A stretch of 64,000 bases of DNA from Phoronis australis. Its lineage: Eukaryota; Animalia; Phoronida. The notes beneath the pieces are model-generated. The model did no database searches, was not told the origin of the DNA, and was given only the letters and a program-made list of their open reading frames with translations. The first letter of the stretch is position 1. Each line of letters opens with the position of its first letter. Made by a program: the position numbers and the translations under genes. Below are positions 63,001-64,000 of this stretch, piece by piece. The DNA is taken from the NCBI GenBank assembly GCA_002633005.1, contig NMRA01000314.1, positions 93,362 through 157,361 of the forward strand. Direction: 5' to 3'.

Positions 63001-63135
63001 CAGGGCTCGACATAACGAGCTGCAGGTCGCATTTGCGACCTGAAATTTGGAAATGCGAGCTGAGATTTTTGTCAGCTCGTATAAAGTCGCAAAATGCGAC
63101 CTGGAATTTCCAACGAATGCGAGCTGAGTTTTTAC
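63001..63135. mobile_element. Terminal fragment of a hAT-like MITE
   Basis: CAGGGCTCGAC start with repeated GTCGCA..TGCGAC subterminal palindromes; the other end was not seen. Confidence 0.4.
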
Positions 63136-64000
63136 ACTTCTCGGCAGATACCTGGCAAATATAAAGCAGCTATTGTTAATCCGACCATTACTTGGTTGTT
63201 GCCAAATCCAAGTTCAAAAGACCACTAACTGAGAACAGCCCTCCCGATGACTTGTTAGCAAGTCGCGTGACCATGGGATATGCAGAATCGATCATTGGTG
63301 CGTTTCATTGGCTAACATTTTCGGCCACTTATGCAAATTTCCGGATTTGTCGAAGAAAGTTTCGGGCCACATAACACGTGATAAAACCTCACAAAACAGT
63401 GGTGTTTCTATTAAATCTTAAGCGATCAACTTATCAAACTTTGTGGACAAATACGTTTGTTTTTCGCTTAAGATGTCCTCATTACCTTTACCAAATATCC
63501 ACGACAATATCCCTGATATCGCACTGCGGCACTGGTCGGTCCCGTTGTTAGCGTGCAAGCGGTCCCGGCAAGACAATCGTGACTTAGATATGTGCGCCTC
63601 GGTTTTATCCCATAAGACAGCCAAAGTGAAAATGACAACCTATTAAACCCCAAATGGCGATCACATCTTTACTTTCAGTTGCCAAGAAATTCTCAAACCC
63701 CATTACTTGTTTCTCAGTGGGGCTACGTGCGCAAAATATTTGTCTTTCACACGTTGTTGCCAACGTAAAGTGTACATGTAGGCCTATTCCAGCGATTCAA
63801 GTGCGTGAACTCACGCGTGCGCACCGTTTTGAAGCTGTACATCAAAAGAGAACAGCGGCAGTCCTAAATGAAAGAGTATACCGGCTTGGCTCTGTCAAGC
63901 ACCTGGGTGCCAATGGTTTATTTGAAAATGAACTCATAGATTTCTGGCGGTTACGATGCTTTAGGAAATTCCCCGGGACGGATGTAACCCAGAACTGATA

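Overview
This is animal (eukaryotic) genomic DNA, probably from a lophotrochozoan/spiralian invertebrate; that is inferred from the GGGRFamide form of its CCK-type peptide. It contains two convergent genes. (1) On the + strand is a cholecystokinin/sulfakinin-type neuropeptide precursor. Its single coding exon (30600-31127) encodes DYGIGGGRFamide and YFYGGGRFamide, and a likely CRE/CCAAT/TATA promoter and non-coding first exon lie at about 25.7-26.1 kb. (2) On the - strand is NOP58, the box C/D snoRNP core protein. Thirteen GT-AG exons from 60140 to 43002 join into one open frame of 503 codons plus stop; the ATG-bearing first exon was not found in the window. Two NOP58 introns each host a SNORD70-like box C/D snoRNA that would guide 2'-O-methylation of the 18S rRNA site equivalent to human Am512. 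The rest is repeat-rich non-coding DNA: several MITE families (Kolobok-like TTAA, Harbinger-like, 5-bp-TSD hAT-like), Helentron-derived HINE/pearl-like elements, a nested insertion stack, tRNA-derived SINEs, Penelope/CR1/RTE-X fragments and minisatellites. Paired repeat copies inside and outside NOP58 show a CpG-decay footprint consistent with gene-body methylation. Most ORFs in the supplied track are spurious. I found no evidence of a wholly new multi-gene system; the best leads are the peptide precursor, the conserved snoRNA pair and the methylation footprint.
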